Shown piece by piece: positions 1-9,571 of a stretch of DNA of 56,583 nt. The position numbers and the translations under genes were made by a program. This DNA is from a virus. Its lineage: Duplodnaviria; Caudoviricetes. Position 1 is the first letter of the stretch. Every line of letters begins with the position of its first letter. The stretch lies in IMG/VR virus record IMGVR_UViG_3300036790_000306, positions 1 through 56,583 of that record. One strand, written 5' to 3'. The notes beneath the pieces were generated by a model, which was not told the DNA's origin, ran no database searches, and worked only from the letters and a program-made list of their open reading frames with translations.

Positions 1-127
1 ATCAAGGCCAACTTCCTGATTTATGGACGTTCCGTCTTCGTGCTGCATTGCCTGGAAAATTGGACCGGCTTCCATGCACACCGAAACTTGGACCGGCTTC
101 CATGCACACCGAAACTCGGACCGCGGA
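1..127. repeat. Terminal direct repeat, left copy (assembly overlap of a circular genome)
   Basis: 1-127 is identical to 56457-56583; 127 bp matches a common assembler k-mer overlap. Confidence 0.95.
60..123 (+). repeat. 28-bp tandem duplication TTGGACCGGCTTCCATGCACACCGAAAC x2 plus a partial copy
   Basis: Copies at 60-87 and 88-115, then TCGGACCG. Confidence 0.9.
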
Positions 128-355
128 TCTGGGAGAAATAACAAGGGCACGCTCATCGTGCAGGATTCCAACCTGCGGCTGCCGCGGCTTTTCCGGGGTT
201 CCGTACTTGCCTAAGCAGCGCGATGCCCGCTGGCTTTGGGCAGACCGAACCGCACGTATTCCGCAGTCCGGTTTCGGTTCTCAAAGGAACCTCTCGCCCA
301 ACAATGATCGTGCCCGAGCACATTTCGTGCCCAGGGCACATTATCGCCCATCACG

Positions 356-541
356 ATGATCGAACAACTCCAGCAGCTCTGCACCGTAACCTGGGACGGC
401 AACGTGATCAGCAAGCGCTATCGTGACCAGCTCGTCGAGGCCGGCTATGCGAAAGAGATGAATGGCTTCAACTTCATCACCGAAAACGGGCTGATAGTGC
501 TCAACAATCTCCATCTGCTTCCGAAGACCGTGAAGGCGTGA
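356..541 (+). CDS. Hypothetical protein, small winged-helix-like
   Basis: 61-aa ORF overlapping the next gene (GTGA). Confidence 0.6.
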   Translation: MIEQLQQLCTVTWDGNVISKRYRDQLVEAGYAKEMNGFNFITENGLIVLNNLHLLPKTVKA

Positions 542-957
542 GGGTGCTGAGACGCAATACGCATGTGGATCTTGCCACCGGTAGGCGGACGGACCAATTG
601 ATCGGTGATGGGCAAGTTGTAGATGTACCGCAGCAATTGTCGATTACAGCCAAGGATTTGGAGTTCCTACAGTCGCGCGAATTCTCTGGCGCTGAGATCG
701 TCGGCTTTCCACCCGCGACCGCAGCGCCGAAATGGATTCGCTTCGTTCCCACACCTTCCACTGGAAAGACAGAGCGTTGGGAAGTTGAAACGTTGACGGG
801 AAATCTACTCGGCCATGTTCGCTGGCACGGCGCCTGGCGGCAATATGCCTTCGATTCCCTGTTATCCGTCTACGAACCGCGATGCCTCCGTGATATCGCC
901 AATTTTTGCGAAACGAAGACTCGCGAGTATCGGAAGAATTGGAAGACGCGAAAGTGA
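538..957 (+). CDS. Hypothetical phage protein
   Basis: Translationally coupled ORF; LGHVRWHGAWRQYAF segment. Confidence 0.65.
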   Translation: MRVLRRNTHVDLATGRRTDQLIGDGQVVDVPQQLSITAKDLEFLQSREFSGAEIVGFPPATAAPKWIRFVPTPSTGKTERWEVETLTGNLLGHVRWHGAWRQYAFDSLLSVYEPRCLRDIANFCETKTREYRKNWKTRK

Positions 958-1094
958 ATTTGTTGCGATGGCTTAAGTGGCGCTGGTGGGACCGGGTATC
1001 ACTAGCGACAGCTGTGCGTCACGGAGTTCCTTTGGAAGCGTGGGAAGGTTACATCGCTAAATGGAAGGCCAGAGAACCTCAACTTTGGAGCTGA
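954..1094 (+). CDS. Small hypothetical protein
   Basis: GTG start overlaps the upstream stop. Confidence 0.45.
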   Translation: MNLLRWLKWRWWDRVSLATAVRHGVPLEAWEGYIAKWKAREPQLWS

Positions 1095-1161
1095 CACACT
1101 TAATCGATCGAGGGCAGATGCTTCGTTTGCCCCCTCACACTCGTGAAATAGTCGGCTCTCG

Positions 1162-1214
1162 AAAAGGCCGCGCAACCGGGAGTCTCCTCGTCGACCGAAG
1201 CGCGGCCTTTTTTT
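1162..1214 (+). terminator. Possible intrinsic terminator
   Basis: AAAAGGCCGCGC...GCGCGGCCTTTT stem then T-run; loop is unusually long. Confidence 0.45.
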
Positions 1215-1221
1215 CAGAATA

Positions 1222-1431
1222 ATGGTTAGCGACGTTCCAGTGACGGATCGATTTTACGTTTCCGAGATTCTCCTCTGCCCTCTCTGTGTATCGCCGCTCG
1301 AAAGGCGCCCTCGGATCGCGCAGCCAGGGTCGCTGAAGTTCGTTCATCCGACATCTGCTTGCGAACGTAGTGGCAAGAGCTATTACTGTCCGGGAATCGA
1401 TCTTCAGGAAATGCCAAAGGAATTCCAGTGA
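1222..1431 (+). CDS. Small Cys/His (zinc-ribbon-like) protein
   Basis: CPLC...HPTSAC; coupled to the next ORF. Confidence 0.55.
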   Translation: MVSDVPVTDRFYVSEILLCPLCVSPLERRPRIAQPGSLKFVHPTSACERSGKSYYCPGIDLQEMPKEFQ

Positions 1432-1898
1432 TCGCGGAAAATCGACACTTTTCGGAATTGAGGAAAAACCCTGTCATAGAGGCTTGGATTGCCGAGTATC
1501 AAAAGGCTCCCCTCTTAAGGACGATTCCCGACTGTTGGCGATGTGGCTGGCCGCACAACGAACGCCTAATGTGCGGATCCGGATCTACGTTCGGCCAGGT
1601 CCGGCTCGGTGGCACGACCTACTATATCGACGCCTCCAACGTCGAGTTCATGCTGCAATTTGTGGAGAAACTCGGCCCCGGATTTCATTGGCGGGGCGAA
1701 GTTTACTTCGACGTGCGCAAAGGGAAAGTAGTTATCAGCCACGTGGAAGCCTACAACAACTGCCCGCACGTAAAAACATGGGAGATTACGTTGGGCGAAT
1801 GGCAGTCGATTGTGGAATCTGTCTCGTCGAAGCTACCAAACGGAGGAACCTTAAGATGCACTACTCAAACGGAAGAGCTGCCAAAGCTGGCGATCTAG
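1428..1898 (+). CDS. Hypothetical protein
   Basis: 156-aa ORF with CWRC..H..C motif. Confidence 0.55.
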   Translation: MIAENRHFSELRKNPVIEAWIAEYQKAPLLRTIPDCWRCGWPHNERLMCGSGSTFGQVRLGGTTYYIDASNVEFMLQFVEKLGPGFHWRGEVYFDVRKGKVVISHVEAYNNCPHVKTWEITLGEWQSIVESVSSKLPNGGTLRCTTQTEELPKLAI

Positions 1899-2176
1899 TA
1901 CGCGGCAAGGGTTACAACATCAAGCACGAGATCGTTGGACTTCTCGTGTACGCGAATCCCGGCGCTAGTGCCTGCAACTGCAAAGTTGCGACTGTGACAA
2001 AAGGGTCACCAGTTCTGAATAGCGCTTATGCCGAGCAGACCGCTAACGATTCGATTTTCTTGAGTCACGAAGGCGCGCCGAGTCTCTACCAGGTGATCGC
2101 GACGCTCGAGTACGGCCAGCTCGACGCATTCGTGGCGATCGATCCAGCAACAGGCGACGTCCTGCCGGCGGAGTAG
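1856..2176 (+). CDS. Hypothetical phage protein (MHYSNGRAAKAGDLV...)
   Basis: ATG 1856 preceded by GGAGG. Confidence 0.7.
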   Translation: MHYSNGRAAKAGDLVRGKGYNIKHEIVGLLVYANPGASACNCKVATVTKGSPVLNSAYAEQTANDSIFLSHEGAPSLYQVIATLEYGQLDAFVAIDPATGDVLPAE

Positions 2177-2457
2177 TTTTGCTCACCGTCTTTTCTACTT
2201 TGCCAGTGAAAGTGAAGGTCGCCGTTGGCCGGTTTGATAGTAATAGCCACGGCCCGCTTGATGGGAAGACGGGCTTCCTCAGCTTCTGCGCGATCCGTGG
2301 ACCAAAGCTTAAGCACGTGAGGTTGACAGTTCATGCGCCAAGCACAGGGCATCGATTCATTCTCTACTTCCCTTCAGGCGCTTGGTGGCATCTAGATTTC
2401 TACTCTGATCGTCGACGATTTCCGTCCGACGTTCTCCGCAAAGCATAAAGAGCTCCT

Positions 2458-2922
2458 TTGCCCAATGCAGCACCGAGCATCTGCCGCGACTGCAATCGAT
2501 CCGCCCGCATCGGCTCGCCTTATTGTGAATCACATCAGACCAACAACCGCGCTAGTGAAGAGAGCCGCGAGCGAAACCAGCGCCGACGTAATAGCGAGCT
2601 CAAGCGCCTTTACGACTGCGCAGCCTGGCGCAAACAAACGGTCCCGTTCATCCTCGCGCGAGATCCGCTTTGCCAACTCGCTCTCGTGTGCGAAGGCAAC
2701 GCAGCATCGACCGACGTTGACCACATCATCCGCGCCGAGATCTACATCGCCGAGCACGACGGCGATCGACTCACCTTCTACGATCGCGACAACCTCCGCG
2801 GCGTCTGCCACTCGTGCCACAGCCGCAAGACAGTGCTCGAAGAGCGCGGGCAGTGGCAAGAGCCGAAGCGCGCGGCCGGCTCGGCCGGCGGCCCGATTTC
2901 GGCGGTACTCCCAAGGCCATGA
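2458..2922 (+). CDS. HNH endonuclease (terminase-associated, HK97 gp74-like)
   Basis: RDPLC..C..TDVDHI...NLRGVCHSCHSRKT; directly upstream of TerS. Confidence 0.92.
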   Translation: MPNAAPSICRDCNRSARIGSPYCESHQTNNRASEESRERNQRRRNSELKRLYDCAAWRKQTVPFILARDPLCQLALVCEGNAASTDVDHIIRAEIYIAEHDGDRLTFYDRDNLRGVCHSCHSRKTVLEERGQWQEPKRAAGSAGGPISAVLPRP

Positions 2923-2961
2923 ATTTTCAAAGAAAATTGTCTTTCTCGATCCTCGCAGCAA

Positions 2962-3065
2962 CAGGGGGGGCGGCCAAAATCTCTGGCGCCGCCGCGGCGC
3001 CGACCGCAACGCAGCCACACACACATTTTCGCAGCAAAAGAATTTTTCAGTTTTGAACCGTTTTT
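2962..3065 (+). other. Putative cos/packaging-site region
   Basis: G-run, AAATCTCT and GACCG between HNH and terS, the usual position in HK97-like phages; exact cut not determinable. Confidence 0.5.
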
Positions 3066-3079
3066 GAGCTTTTAAGTCG

Positions 3080-3622
3080 ATGGGCGGAAAAGGATCCGGC
3101 GGAAAGAACCGCAAACCGGCAGCGATCAAGAAAGCTGAAGGCAACCGCGGTAAGAGGAAGTCAAAGTCATCGGTGACGCCCACTCTTCCGGGCGAGCCAG
3201 CGATGCCGGCATTCATGACACCGCGAATGAAAGCGGTCTGGAAGATCATGGTTCCAATTCTGAAGGAAAAAGGCGTACTCACCACAGACTGCGGAATCGC
3301 CCTTGGAACTCTCTGTTCTTCCTTCGTGCATTTCAGCGTGGCCGACGTCGACGTCGCCCACCGCGAAGAGAAAATCGACCTTAGGAAACGGCAACTCGAC
3401 GAGCTCGAAACCGAGATTGAGATTCTCTCGAAGCATCTTGGCGCGGCCGTTCGACGACGCAGCGACCTGCTCCGCCATCTGCGGGCAGCCTACCAGTCGT
3501 TTGGGCTCGATCCGTCATCCTCCAGTTCCGGCCCCGCGGATCCAAAAACTCCCGCCCAGATGAAGAACAGGTTCGATCAGATCCTCAGCTCCCAGAGCGA
3601 CAAAGACGAAGTTGTGAACTAA
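3080..3622 (+). CDS. terS: Terminase small subunit (P27 family)
   Basis: KPAAIKKAEGNRGKR N-terminus, FGLDPSS C-terminal motif. Confidence 0.9.
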   Translation: MGGKGSGGKNRKPAAIKKAEGNRGKRKSKSSVTPTLPGEPAMPAFMTPRMKAVWKIMVPILKEKGVLTTDCGIALGTLCSSFVHFSVADVDVAHREEKIDLRKRQLDELETEIEILSKHLGAAVRRRSDLLRHLRAAYQSFGLDPSSSSSGPADPKTPAQMKNRFDQILSSQSDKDEVVN

Positions 3623-3625
3623 AAA

Positions 3626-5467
3626 GTGATTCGCCACCAAACATCCTGGAAGACGTCGGCCGCCGAGGTCCTTCTCGCGAAGCATTGTAAGCGGATCCCG
3701 ACCGTAGGCCGTTATTGCCTCGACGTCCTGACCGGGAACATCGCGGCCGGGCGAATGGTTTTTCTCGCCGTAGAGCGATTCCTGAAGGATCTTCAACGCA
3801 GCGAAGCGAAGGACCCGGCATTCCCCTATTACTTCGACCAGGGCGGCGCCGTCTCGATCATCAAGTATTTCAGAGACCTCTGCCCATTCAATCTCGTTCC
3901 GTTTCAGCAGTTCATCGCGGGGAATCTGTTCGGCTGGAAAAAAGTCGGCGTCGAATGCGAGATTCACCCGAACGGCCACCGGCGGTTTCAGACGGCCTAC
4001 ATTGAAATCGGAAAAGGTAGTGGCAAGACGCCGTTCGCCGCTGGGATCGGAACCTATGGAACCTGCGCAGACGGTGAGCCTGCCGCGGAAGTTTATGTCG
4101 CGGCTCCGTCGAAGGAGCAAGCGGCCGTTTGCTTCCGCGATGCGGTGCGTATTGTCGATGGCGACGATAACCATACGGAGCTTCACAGGATCTTTAAAAA
4201 GTTCGGCTGTTCGCACAAGATGCTCTCCGGAAACCTTTCCGCCGGCACCTCGTTCATGCGCCCAGTTTCGGCCGAGCACAAGACCCTCGATGGACCTCGG
4301 CCGCACATGGTGATCGCCGACGAAGTGCACGAACACCCGAATACGATCGTGCTCGACAAACTCACCGCCGGATTCAAGGCTCGACACCAGCCGATGTCGA
4401 TCGAGATCACCAACTCCGGATTCGACCGAGAGACAATCTGCTTCTATCACCACGATTACAGCCGGCAGGTGCTTGAGGGGATCGTGACCAACGAGGGTTG
4501 GTTTGCTTTCGTGTGCCAACTGGATGTTTGCGAGGAATGCCGCGCGAAGGGCAAAGAACAGCCGAGCTGCGACCAGTGCGATTCCTGGCTCGATCCGGAC
4601 GTCTGGATCAAACCGAATCCTGGTCTGGGCACAATTCTTCAAATCGAGTATCTCGAAAAGCAGGTAAAGGAAGCGCTGGAAATGCCTGCTACGGCCAGCC
4701 TGAAACAGCGCCTCAACTTCTGCATCTGGACCCAATCGGAGTCCCGCGCGATCTCGCCCGATCAGTGGAGGCAATGCGCCGGCGAGGGATCGGCCGACCC
4801 GGTGGCCTGGCGCGCCGCGCAACTCGAGGCGCTCAAGGGAAAGAGTTGCGTAGGGGCAATGGATCTCGCTTCTACGATGGACATCGCGGCCACCGCTTTC
4901 TTTTTCCCCAAGCAGGATGGAGTCCCAAACACGGTCCTGTTGCCGTTCTTCTTCATTCCGGCGGCGGCCGCTGAACAGCACGTAATGAAGAACCGCGTAC
5001 CTATCGATCTCTGGGTGAAGCAAGGCTTCATCTCTGAAACTCCCGGGAATGTCGTCGACTACGACTTTATCCAGGCCCACATCAAGCAAATGGGGGAGAA
5101 CTACGATGTCGGCGAGATCGGCTTCGATCCGTGGAACGCTCAGGATCTCACGACGCGCCTGCTTCGCGACGGATTCAAGATGGTCAAGCACCCTCAGACT
5201 CTCGAAAAGCTAAGCGAGCCGACTAAGCACTTGTTAAAGATGATCGCGGGATCCGAATTCGAGCACGGCAACAATCCCGTGCTCGCCTGGATGGCCGACA
5301 ACCTGGTGACGTGGTCCGACGCCTCGGGTAGTCTACGCCCGATCAAACCGAACAGTCCTAACTCTCCGAAGAAAATTGACGGCATGGTCGCAGCAATCAT
5401 GGCCGATTCCCGCATGAGCGCGAATCCCGAGCCTGACCCGGAAAGCAGCCGGCCGTTTTTCGTATGA
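3626..5467 (+). CDS. terL: Terminase large subunit with Cys4 insertion
   Basis: GKGSGKT Walker A, IADEVH Walker B, MDLA..D, FDPWN, KIDG. Confidence 0.97.
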   Translation: MIRHQTSWKTSAAEVLLAKHCKRIPTVGRYCLDVLTGNIAAGRMVFLAVERFLKDLQRSEAKDPAFPYYFDQGGAVSIIKYFRDLCPFNLVPFQQFIAGNLFGWKKVGVECEIHPNGHRRFQTAYIEIGKGSGKTPFAAGIGTYGTCADGEPAAEVYVAAPSKEQAAVCFRDAVRIVDGDDNHTELHRIFKKFGCSHKMLSGNLSAGTSFMRPVSAEHKTLDGPRPHMVIADEVHEHPNTIVLDKLTAGFKARHQPMSIEITNSGFDRETICFYHHDYSRQVLEGIVTNEGWFAFVCQLDVCEECRAKGKEQPSCDQCDSWLDPDVWIKPNPGLGTILQIEYLEKQVKEALEMPATASLKQRLNFCIWTQSESRAISPDQWRQCAGEGSADPVAWRAAQLEALKGKSCVGAMDLASTMDIAATAFFFPKQDGVPNTVLLPFFFIPAAAAEQHVMKNRVPIDLWVKQGFISETPGNVVDYDFIQAHIKQMGENYDVGEIGFDPWNAQDLTTRLLRDGFKMVKHPQTLEKLSEPTKHLLKMIAGSEFEHGNNPVLAWMADNLVTWSDASGSLRPIKPNSPNSPKKIDGMVAAIMADSRMSANPEPDPESSRPFFV

Positions 5468-5637
5468 AACTTTTGCGCAAGCTGGATCCATTCGACGCGC
5501 TGCACATCGCGGGTCTTGGCGCCATCGTGTGGGGTGTCTGGCAGATCCATCACCCCTCGGCGTGGATCGTGGCTGGTCTGGCAGCGGCCTCGTATTCGTT
5601 TCTGGCATCTGCCGGCCGGAGGCACCTGGAACCATGA
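5464..5637 (+). CDS. Small two-TM membrane protein between terL and portal
   Basis: MKLLRKLDPFDALHIAGLGAIVWGVWQIHHPSAWIVAGL...; ATGA coupling at both ends. Confidence 0.7.
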   Translation: MKLLRKLDPFDALHIAGLGAIVWGVWQIHHPSAWIVAGLAAASYSFLASAGRRHLEP

Positions 5638-5873
5638 GAACCAACATCCGCCTGCAAGTAATTTTGCGTGACAACAAGCGAGTCTCGAAGATCGTGCGCA
5701 CCCCTCCGGGAAGAGTGTTCACGGAATCCGGGATTGAGAGCGTGCTTCGTTCGGAAGCGGAGATGGTAGAGAAGTTTTTCCCCGGCCGCGAGTTTCGCAT
5801 GGTCCCTCTCTCCGGCGGAACATTCAACTTTGTCGAAATCGCGAAAGAGAAAGAGGCGGAGGTGGCTTCCTAG
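5634..5873 (+). CDS. Hypothetical protein
   Basis: Coupled ORF ending just before portal. Confidence 0.6.
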   Translation: MRTNIRLQVILRDNKRVSKIVRTPPGRVFTESGIESVLRSEAEMVEKFFPGREFRMVPLSGGTFNFVEIAKEKEAEVAS

Positions 5874-7424
5874 ATGGCCATCCTGCGCAACCTGTTCGAT
5901 GGTGCGATGCAGATACGCGCCGACCTGGGCGGCACGCCGGCGCCCTGGGACGATTTCTGGTATCAGCCGATCGGTACCAGGTCGGCGAGCGGTATTCGGG
6001 TAACTCCGGAGTCGGCAAAGCAAGTCTCCACAGTTCTGGCGTGCGTCAACAAAATCGCCAAGACGTTGGCAATGCTGCCGCTGAAGATTTACACGGAGAT
6101 GCCGGATGGCGGGAAAAAGGTAGCTCGCACTGATCCGCTATTCGACGTTCTATATTTACGGCCCAACAACCTACAGACGCCCTTTGAGTGGCGGCAGATG
6201 ATGCAGGGCCATCTGGAACTCCGGGGCAATTCCTACTCTGAAATCATTCCTGGGAAGAAACGGGCCGTCGATCAGTTGCTTCCGATGCACCCGGATCGGG
6301 TAAACCCCGAGCAGTTGCAGAGCGGGCGAATCCGGTATCGCTACAACGACCCACTGACCGGAACCGATCGCTTCCTGGCGCAGGAGCAGGTTTTTCACCT
6401 GCGCAACTTCATGGACAATGGAATCGAGGGCCAATCCACGGTGACCATGGCCACCGACACGATCGGTCTGTCCCTGGCGGCGCAGGACAACTTCGGGCGG
6501 TTTCTAAAAAACGATTCCCGCGCGCAAAGTGTGCTCACTGGCGCCCAGTTCAAGACCAAACAGGACAAACTGTCATTCCGCGAGGATTGGCAGGAACAGC
6601 ACACGGGAGAGAACCGTTACAAGGTAGCGGTGCTCCCCCCGGGCATGGATATCAAAACGATCGGAGTTACTCAGAAGGACGCACAGCTTCTCGATGCACG
6701 GAAGTTCAGTCGAATCGAGATCTGCTCTCTCTTCGACGTGCCGCCCCACCTGATCGGCGAAACCGAAAAGACCGCGACTTACGCCAGCGTGGAGCAGTTC
6801 AACATCCTCTTCGTAACCTTCTGTATTCTGCCGCGGATGGTTCTCTGGGAACAAAAGATTCAACAGCAGCTGATGTGTCGCGACGCAAACTTTCCTAAAT
6901 TTTCGATCAACGCCCTGCTGCGCGGCGATACGGCCGCACGATTCAACGCCTATAAAATCGCGATCCAAAACGGCTGGATGTCGCAGAACGACGTGTGTAT
7001 CGCCGAGGATTTGAACCCAATCCCAGATGGCGACAACTATTGGCGCCCGCTCAACTGGGCTCGTCTCGGCGACGTGCATACATCCGTAAAGCCGGCCAAG
7101 AACGACGATCCAGATGCGCAATCCACCACCGGCGGACAGGCGGCCAAGGTAGACGATCGTCTCCGCCTTCTCGCAATTGCTGGCGCCGAGCGTTGTGTGC
7201 GCAAAGAAGAAGGGGCCGCGCGGCGCATGGCGGAGCGTGGCAGTTCGCGCGCGGAGATTCACGAGTTTTACCGCGATCACGCGGAGTTCATCGGCAAGGT
7301 TCTGAAGATCACGCCGGAAAAGGCGCAAGCATACTGCGAACGAAGGGCCAACAACTCTTCCCTGCCGGACCGTGATTCCTCGATTGTGGAATTGACGACG
7401 CTCGCCCTGGGAGGCCTTCAGTAA
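5874..7424 (+). CDS. HK97-family portal protein with C-terminal extension
   Basis: LRPN..QTPFEW, GNSY, VFHLR, FDVPPHLIG, LLRGD motifs. Confidence 0.97.
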   Translation: MAILRNLFDGAMQIRADLGGTPAPWDDFWYQPIGTRSASGIRVTPESAKQVSTVLACVNKIAKTLAMLPLKIYTEMPDGGKKVARTDPLFDVLYLRPNNLQTPFEWRQMMQGHLELRGNSYSEIIPGKKRAVDQLLPMHPDRVNPEQLQSGRIRYRYNDPLTGTDRFLAQEQVFHLRNFMDNGIEGQSTVTMATDTIGLSLAAQDNFGRFLKNDSRAQSVLTGAQFKTKQDKLSFREDWQEQHTGENRYKVAVLPPGMDIKTIGVTQKDAQLLDARKFSRIEICSLFDVPPHLIGETEKTATYASVEQFNILFVTFCILPRMVLWEQKIQQQLMCRDANFPKFSINALLRGDTAARFNAYKIAIQNGWMSQNDVCIAEDLNPIPDGDNYWRPLNWARLGDVHTSVKPAKNDDPDAQSTTGGQAAKVDDRLRLLAIAGAERCVRKEEGAARRMAERGSSRAEIHEFYRDHAEFIGKVLKITPEKAQAYCERRANNSSLPDRDSSIVELTTLALGGLQ

Positions 7425-7664
7425 ATGCGCATCATCTTCGAGGTTCCCGATTTGTCGGTGACGAGGCGCGCGGCTGCTCGGCAAATAGCTGCGCTCGAAA
7501 AAGCTGGCGTAATTAGGCAGATTGCTTTTGATCCGTGGGCTGAGATTGCAACGATTCATGAACTAAAGAATCTTGGATTCCCCGCGGCCAAACTAACAGA
7601 AGTAAGGCTCACGTCGAAGCAGAAGCATCTTCTTTCGCCACTTCCATCTGGAGGCATTCAGTGA
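7425..7664 (+). CDS. Small protein resembling a TerL nuclease-domain fragment
   Basis: IRQIAFDPWA...ELKNLGF vs TerL VGEIGFDPWN...RLLRDGF. Confidence 0.5.
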   Translation: MRIIFEVPDLSVTRRAAARQIAALEKAGVIRQIAFDPWAEIATIHELKNLGFPAAKLTEVRLTSKQKHLLSPLPSGGIQ

Positions 7665-8122
7665 AAGGCAACTTAGATGTCATCAAGGCTCTCGAAGCGG
7701 CGGCCGCGCAGGAAGCCCACCTCAATCTCCAGTATCGACTCGACGCCCGATCTTTGAAGTTCATGGGGCTGAAGAAGCTCACTTGCAAAATGAAGAAATT
7801 CGGCGACGGCGCCCACTGCTTTCTCAAGCTCCTCACCGATCGGACTCTCTTTCTCGGTGGAGATCCCGGATACGATATCGCTCCCGTCGTCGAGCAGACC
7901 AGCGTCACAGCGTTGCTGAAGAACGCGCTGGCCCTTGAAATGGCGGTTGTCGATCCCTATGAGCAGAACGTTCAGCTCTCGATGAAGGCTCTCGACGACA
8001 CAACGCGCAATCTCTTCGAGCACCTGCTGAAGTGGCACCAGAAACATATTGGCTGGCTGGAGCAGCAATTGCGCCTGATCGATGGACTGGGCGAAACCGA
8101 ATACATGGCCGAGAAGCTGTAG
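7661..8122 (+). CDS. bfr: Bacterioferritin-like protein with degenerate ferroxidase centre
   Basis: MKGN.DVI, QY.L.AR, GL.KL, R.LFLGG.P, LALE, HI.WLE.QL.LI..LG...Y collinear with Bfr. Confidence 0.9.
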   Translation: MKGNLDVIKALEAAAAQEAHLNLQYRLDARSLKFMGLKKLTCKMKKFGDGAHCFLKLLTDRTLFLGGDPGYDIAPVVEQTSVTALLKNALALEMAVVDPYEQNVQLSMKALDDTTRNLFEHLLKWHQKHIGWLEQQLRLIDGLGETEYMAEKL

Positions 8123-8169
8123 CGGAACAATCTGCGATTTTTTATTTTCCCTTCAACGGAGACAAACCC

Positions 8170-9426
8170 ATGGCAATGACACTGAGATCACCAAACGGCT
8201 CTGCGGCGCCGAAGCGCATGTTTGCTGCGGCGACAAAGAACGGCGAACTAGAACTGATGATCTACGACTCGATCGGAGAGTCATTCTGGGGCGGTGGCGT
8301 GACGGCCGAGTCGATCAAGCAGAAGCTCGACGAGGCTGGGGACGTGAGCAAGATCTCGGTGCGCATCAATTCGCCAGGCGGCGACGTGTTCGAAGGCAGC
8401 GCGATCTATTCCCTGCTCTCGCAGCACAAGGCTCCGGTCGAATGCTTCGTTGACGGGTTGGCTGCTTCGGCTGCATTCACGATCGCGATGGCCGCGGACA
8501 CGATTCACATCTCGGAGTCGGCGATGATGATGTGCCACAACGCCTGGGGAATGTGCATAGGCGAGGCCTCCGACATGGAGAAGACGGCCGATGTGCTCAG
8601 TAAGGTCTCGGGCACGATGCGTGACATCTACTCGAAACGCAGCGGGATGAAAGCCAGCGACGCCCAGGATCTCATGGACGCCGAGACCTGGATGACGGCC
8701 GAAGAGGCGGTCCAGTACGGCTTCGCCGACGATGTGATCGAGCGCGACGACGAAGACGACGACGCGGCGAAGGCTCTGGCCGCGTCCTACGATCTGTCCA
8801 AGTTCAAGAATGCGGGAAAGAGATTCCACGCCGGCGCGACGGGAAGCGAAGACTGGCCGCTCTCGGAACAAGATCACGCCTGGTCAAGCAGTGCGGCCGA
8901 TTCAAGGATCCGCAAATGGGCGTCTTCCGATGGCTCCGGAGATAAAGACAAGATCGACTGGGCGAAATATCGCAGCGTTCATTTCTGGTACGACGACAAA
9001 AACGATGAGCAATTCGGCGCCTACAAGCTGATGTTCTGCGACGTTCTCAGCGGGCAAGTGACCGCGGTTTGGAGGGGCATCACAGCCTGCGCCGCCGTCA
9101 TGCAAGGCAGCCGCGGCGGGGTCGATATCCCGGAATCGGACAAGGACGGGGTGAAGGCCAAGATCGCCGTCTACTACAAAAAGGCAGCCAAGAAGTACGA
9201 CGACGATGCCATCAAGGTGCCGTGGGAGGCTTCTGCGGAAGACGTTGAGCCGGATGAGGGCGATGACTGTCCGTGTTCCTGTCCACCGTGTAAGGCCAAC
9301 GACTGCGCCTCCTGCGATAACCCTGATTGCGACGACCCAAACTGCGATCACGAGGACAAAGAGAACAAGGCGAAGCTCGCCGAAGTCGAGCTGATCCGGC
9401 AGCAGATAGAGGTTCTGTCGCTCTAG
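8170..9426 (+). CDS. ClpP-type prohead protease fused to a second domain and a Cys-rich acidic tail
   Basis: INSPGGDVFEG, DGLAASAA, MCHNAW, ETWMTAEEA. Confidence 0.93.
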   Translation: MAMTLRSPNGSAAPKRMFAAATKNGELELMIYDSIGESFWGGGVTAESIKQKLDEAGDVSKISVRINSPGGDVFEGSAIYSLLSQHKAPVECFVDGLAASAAFTIAMAADTIHISESAMMMCHNAWGMCIGEASDMEKTADVLSKVSGTMRDIYSKRSGMKASDAQDLMDAETWMTAEEAVQYGFADDVIERDDEDDDAAKALAASYDLSKFKNAGKRFHAGATGSEDWPLSEQDHAWSSSAADSRIRKWASSDGSGDKDKIDWAKYRSVHFWYDDKNDEQFGAYKLMFCDVLSGQVTAVWRGITACAAVMQGSRGGVDIPESDKDGVKAKIAVYYKKAAKKYDDDAIKVPWEASAEDVEPDEGDDCPCSCPPCKANDCASCDNPDCDDPNCDHEDKENKAKLAEVELIRQQIEVLSL

Positions 9427-9571
9427 AAAACAAGTTCACTCAAACATTTTTAGGTTTTCACAAGGAAGCCGACGCTTCCCGAGCAAATCGGCGCTCACGC
9501 ATTGATGTCCGTCGACATCTGATGCCGCACGCCAAGTTCGAGCACGAAAACTACACAAGGAGAAAGACTTT

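Noticed and set aside
1-127. Biological terminal repeat or att duplication
   Set aside because: The exact 127-bp end overlap is best explained as assembler circularisation; HNH/TerS context points to cos ends elsewhere
150-230. tRNA on the minus strand (GCAGG-TTGGAAT-CCTGC T-arm-like)
   Set aside because: T-loop is non-canonical, D-loop too short, no proper anticodon arm and acceptor stem mismatched
3515-5191. Long antisense ORFs (also 9551-10456, 29918-30844, most of 35258-36616)
   Set aside because: Shadow ORFs of high-GC coding sequence with no recognisable motifs
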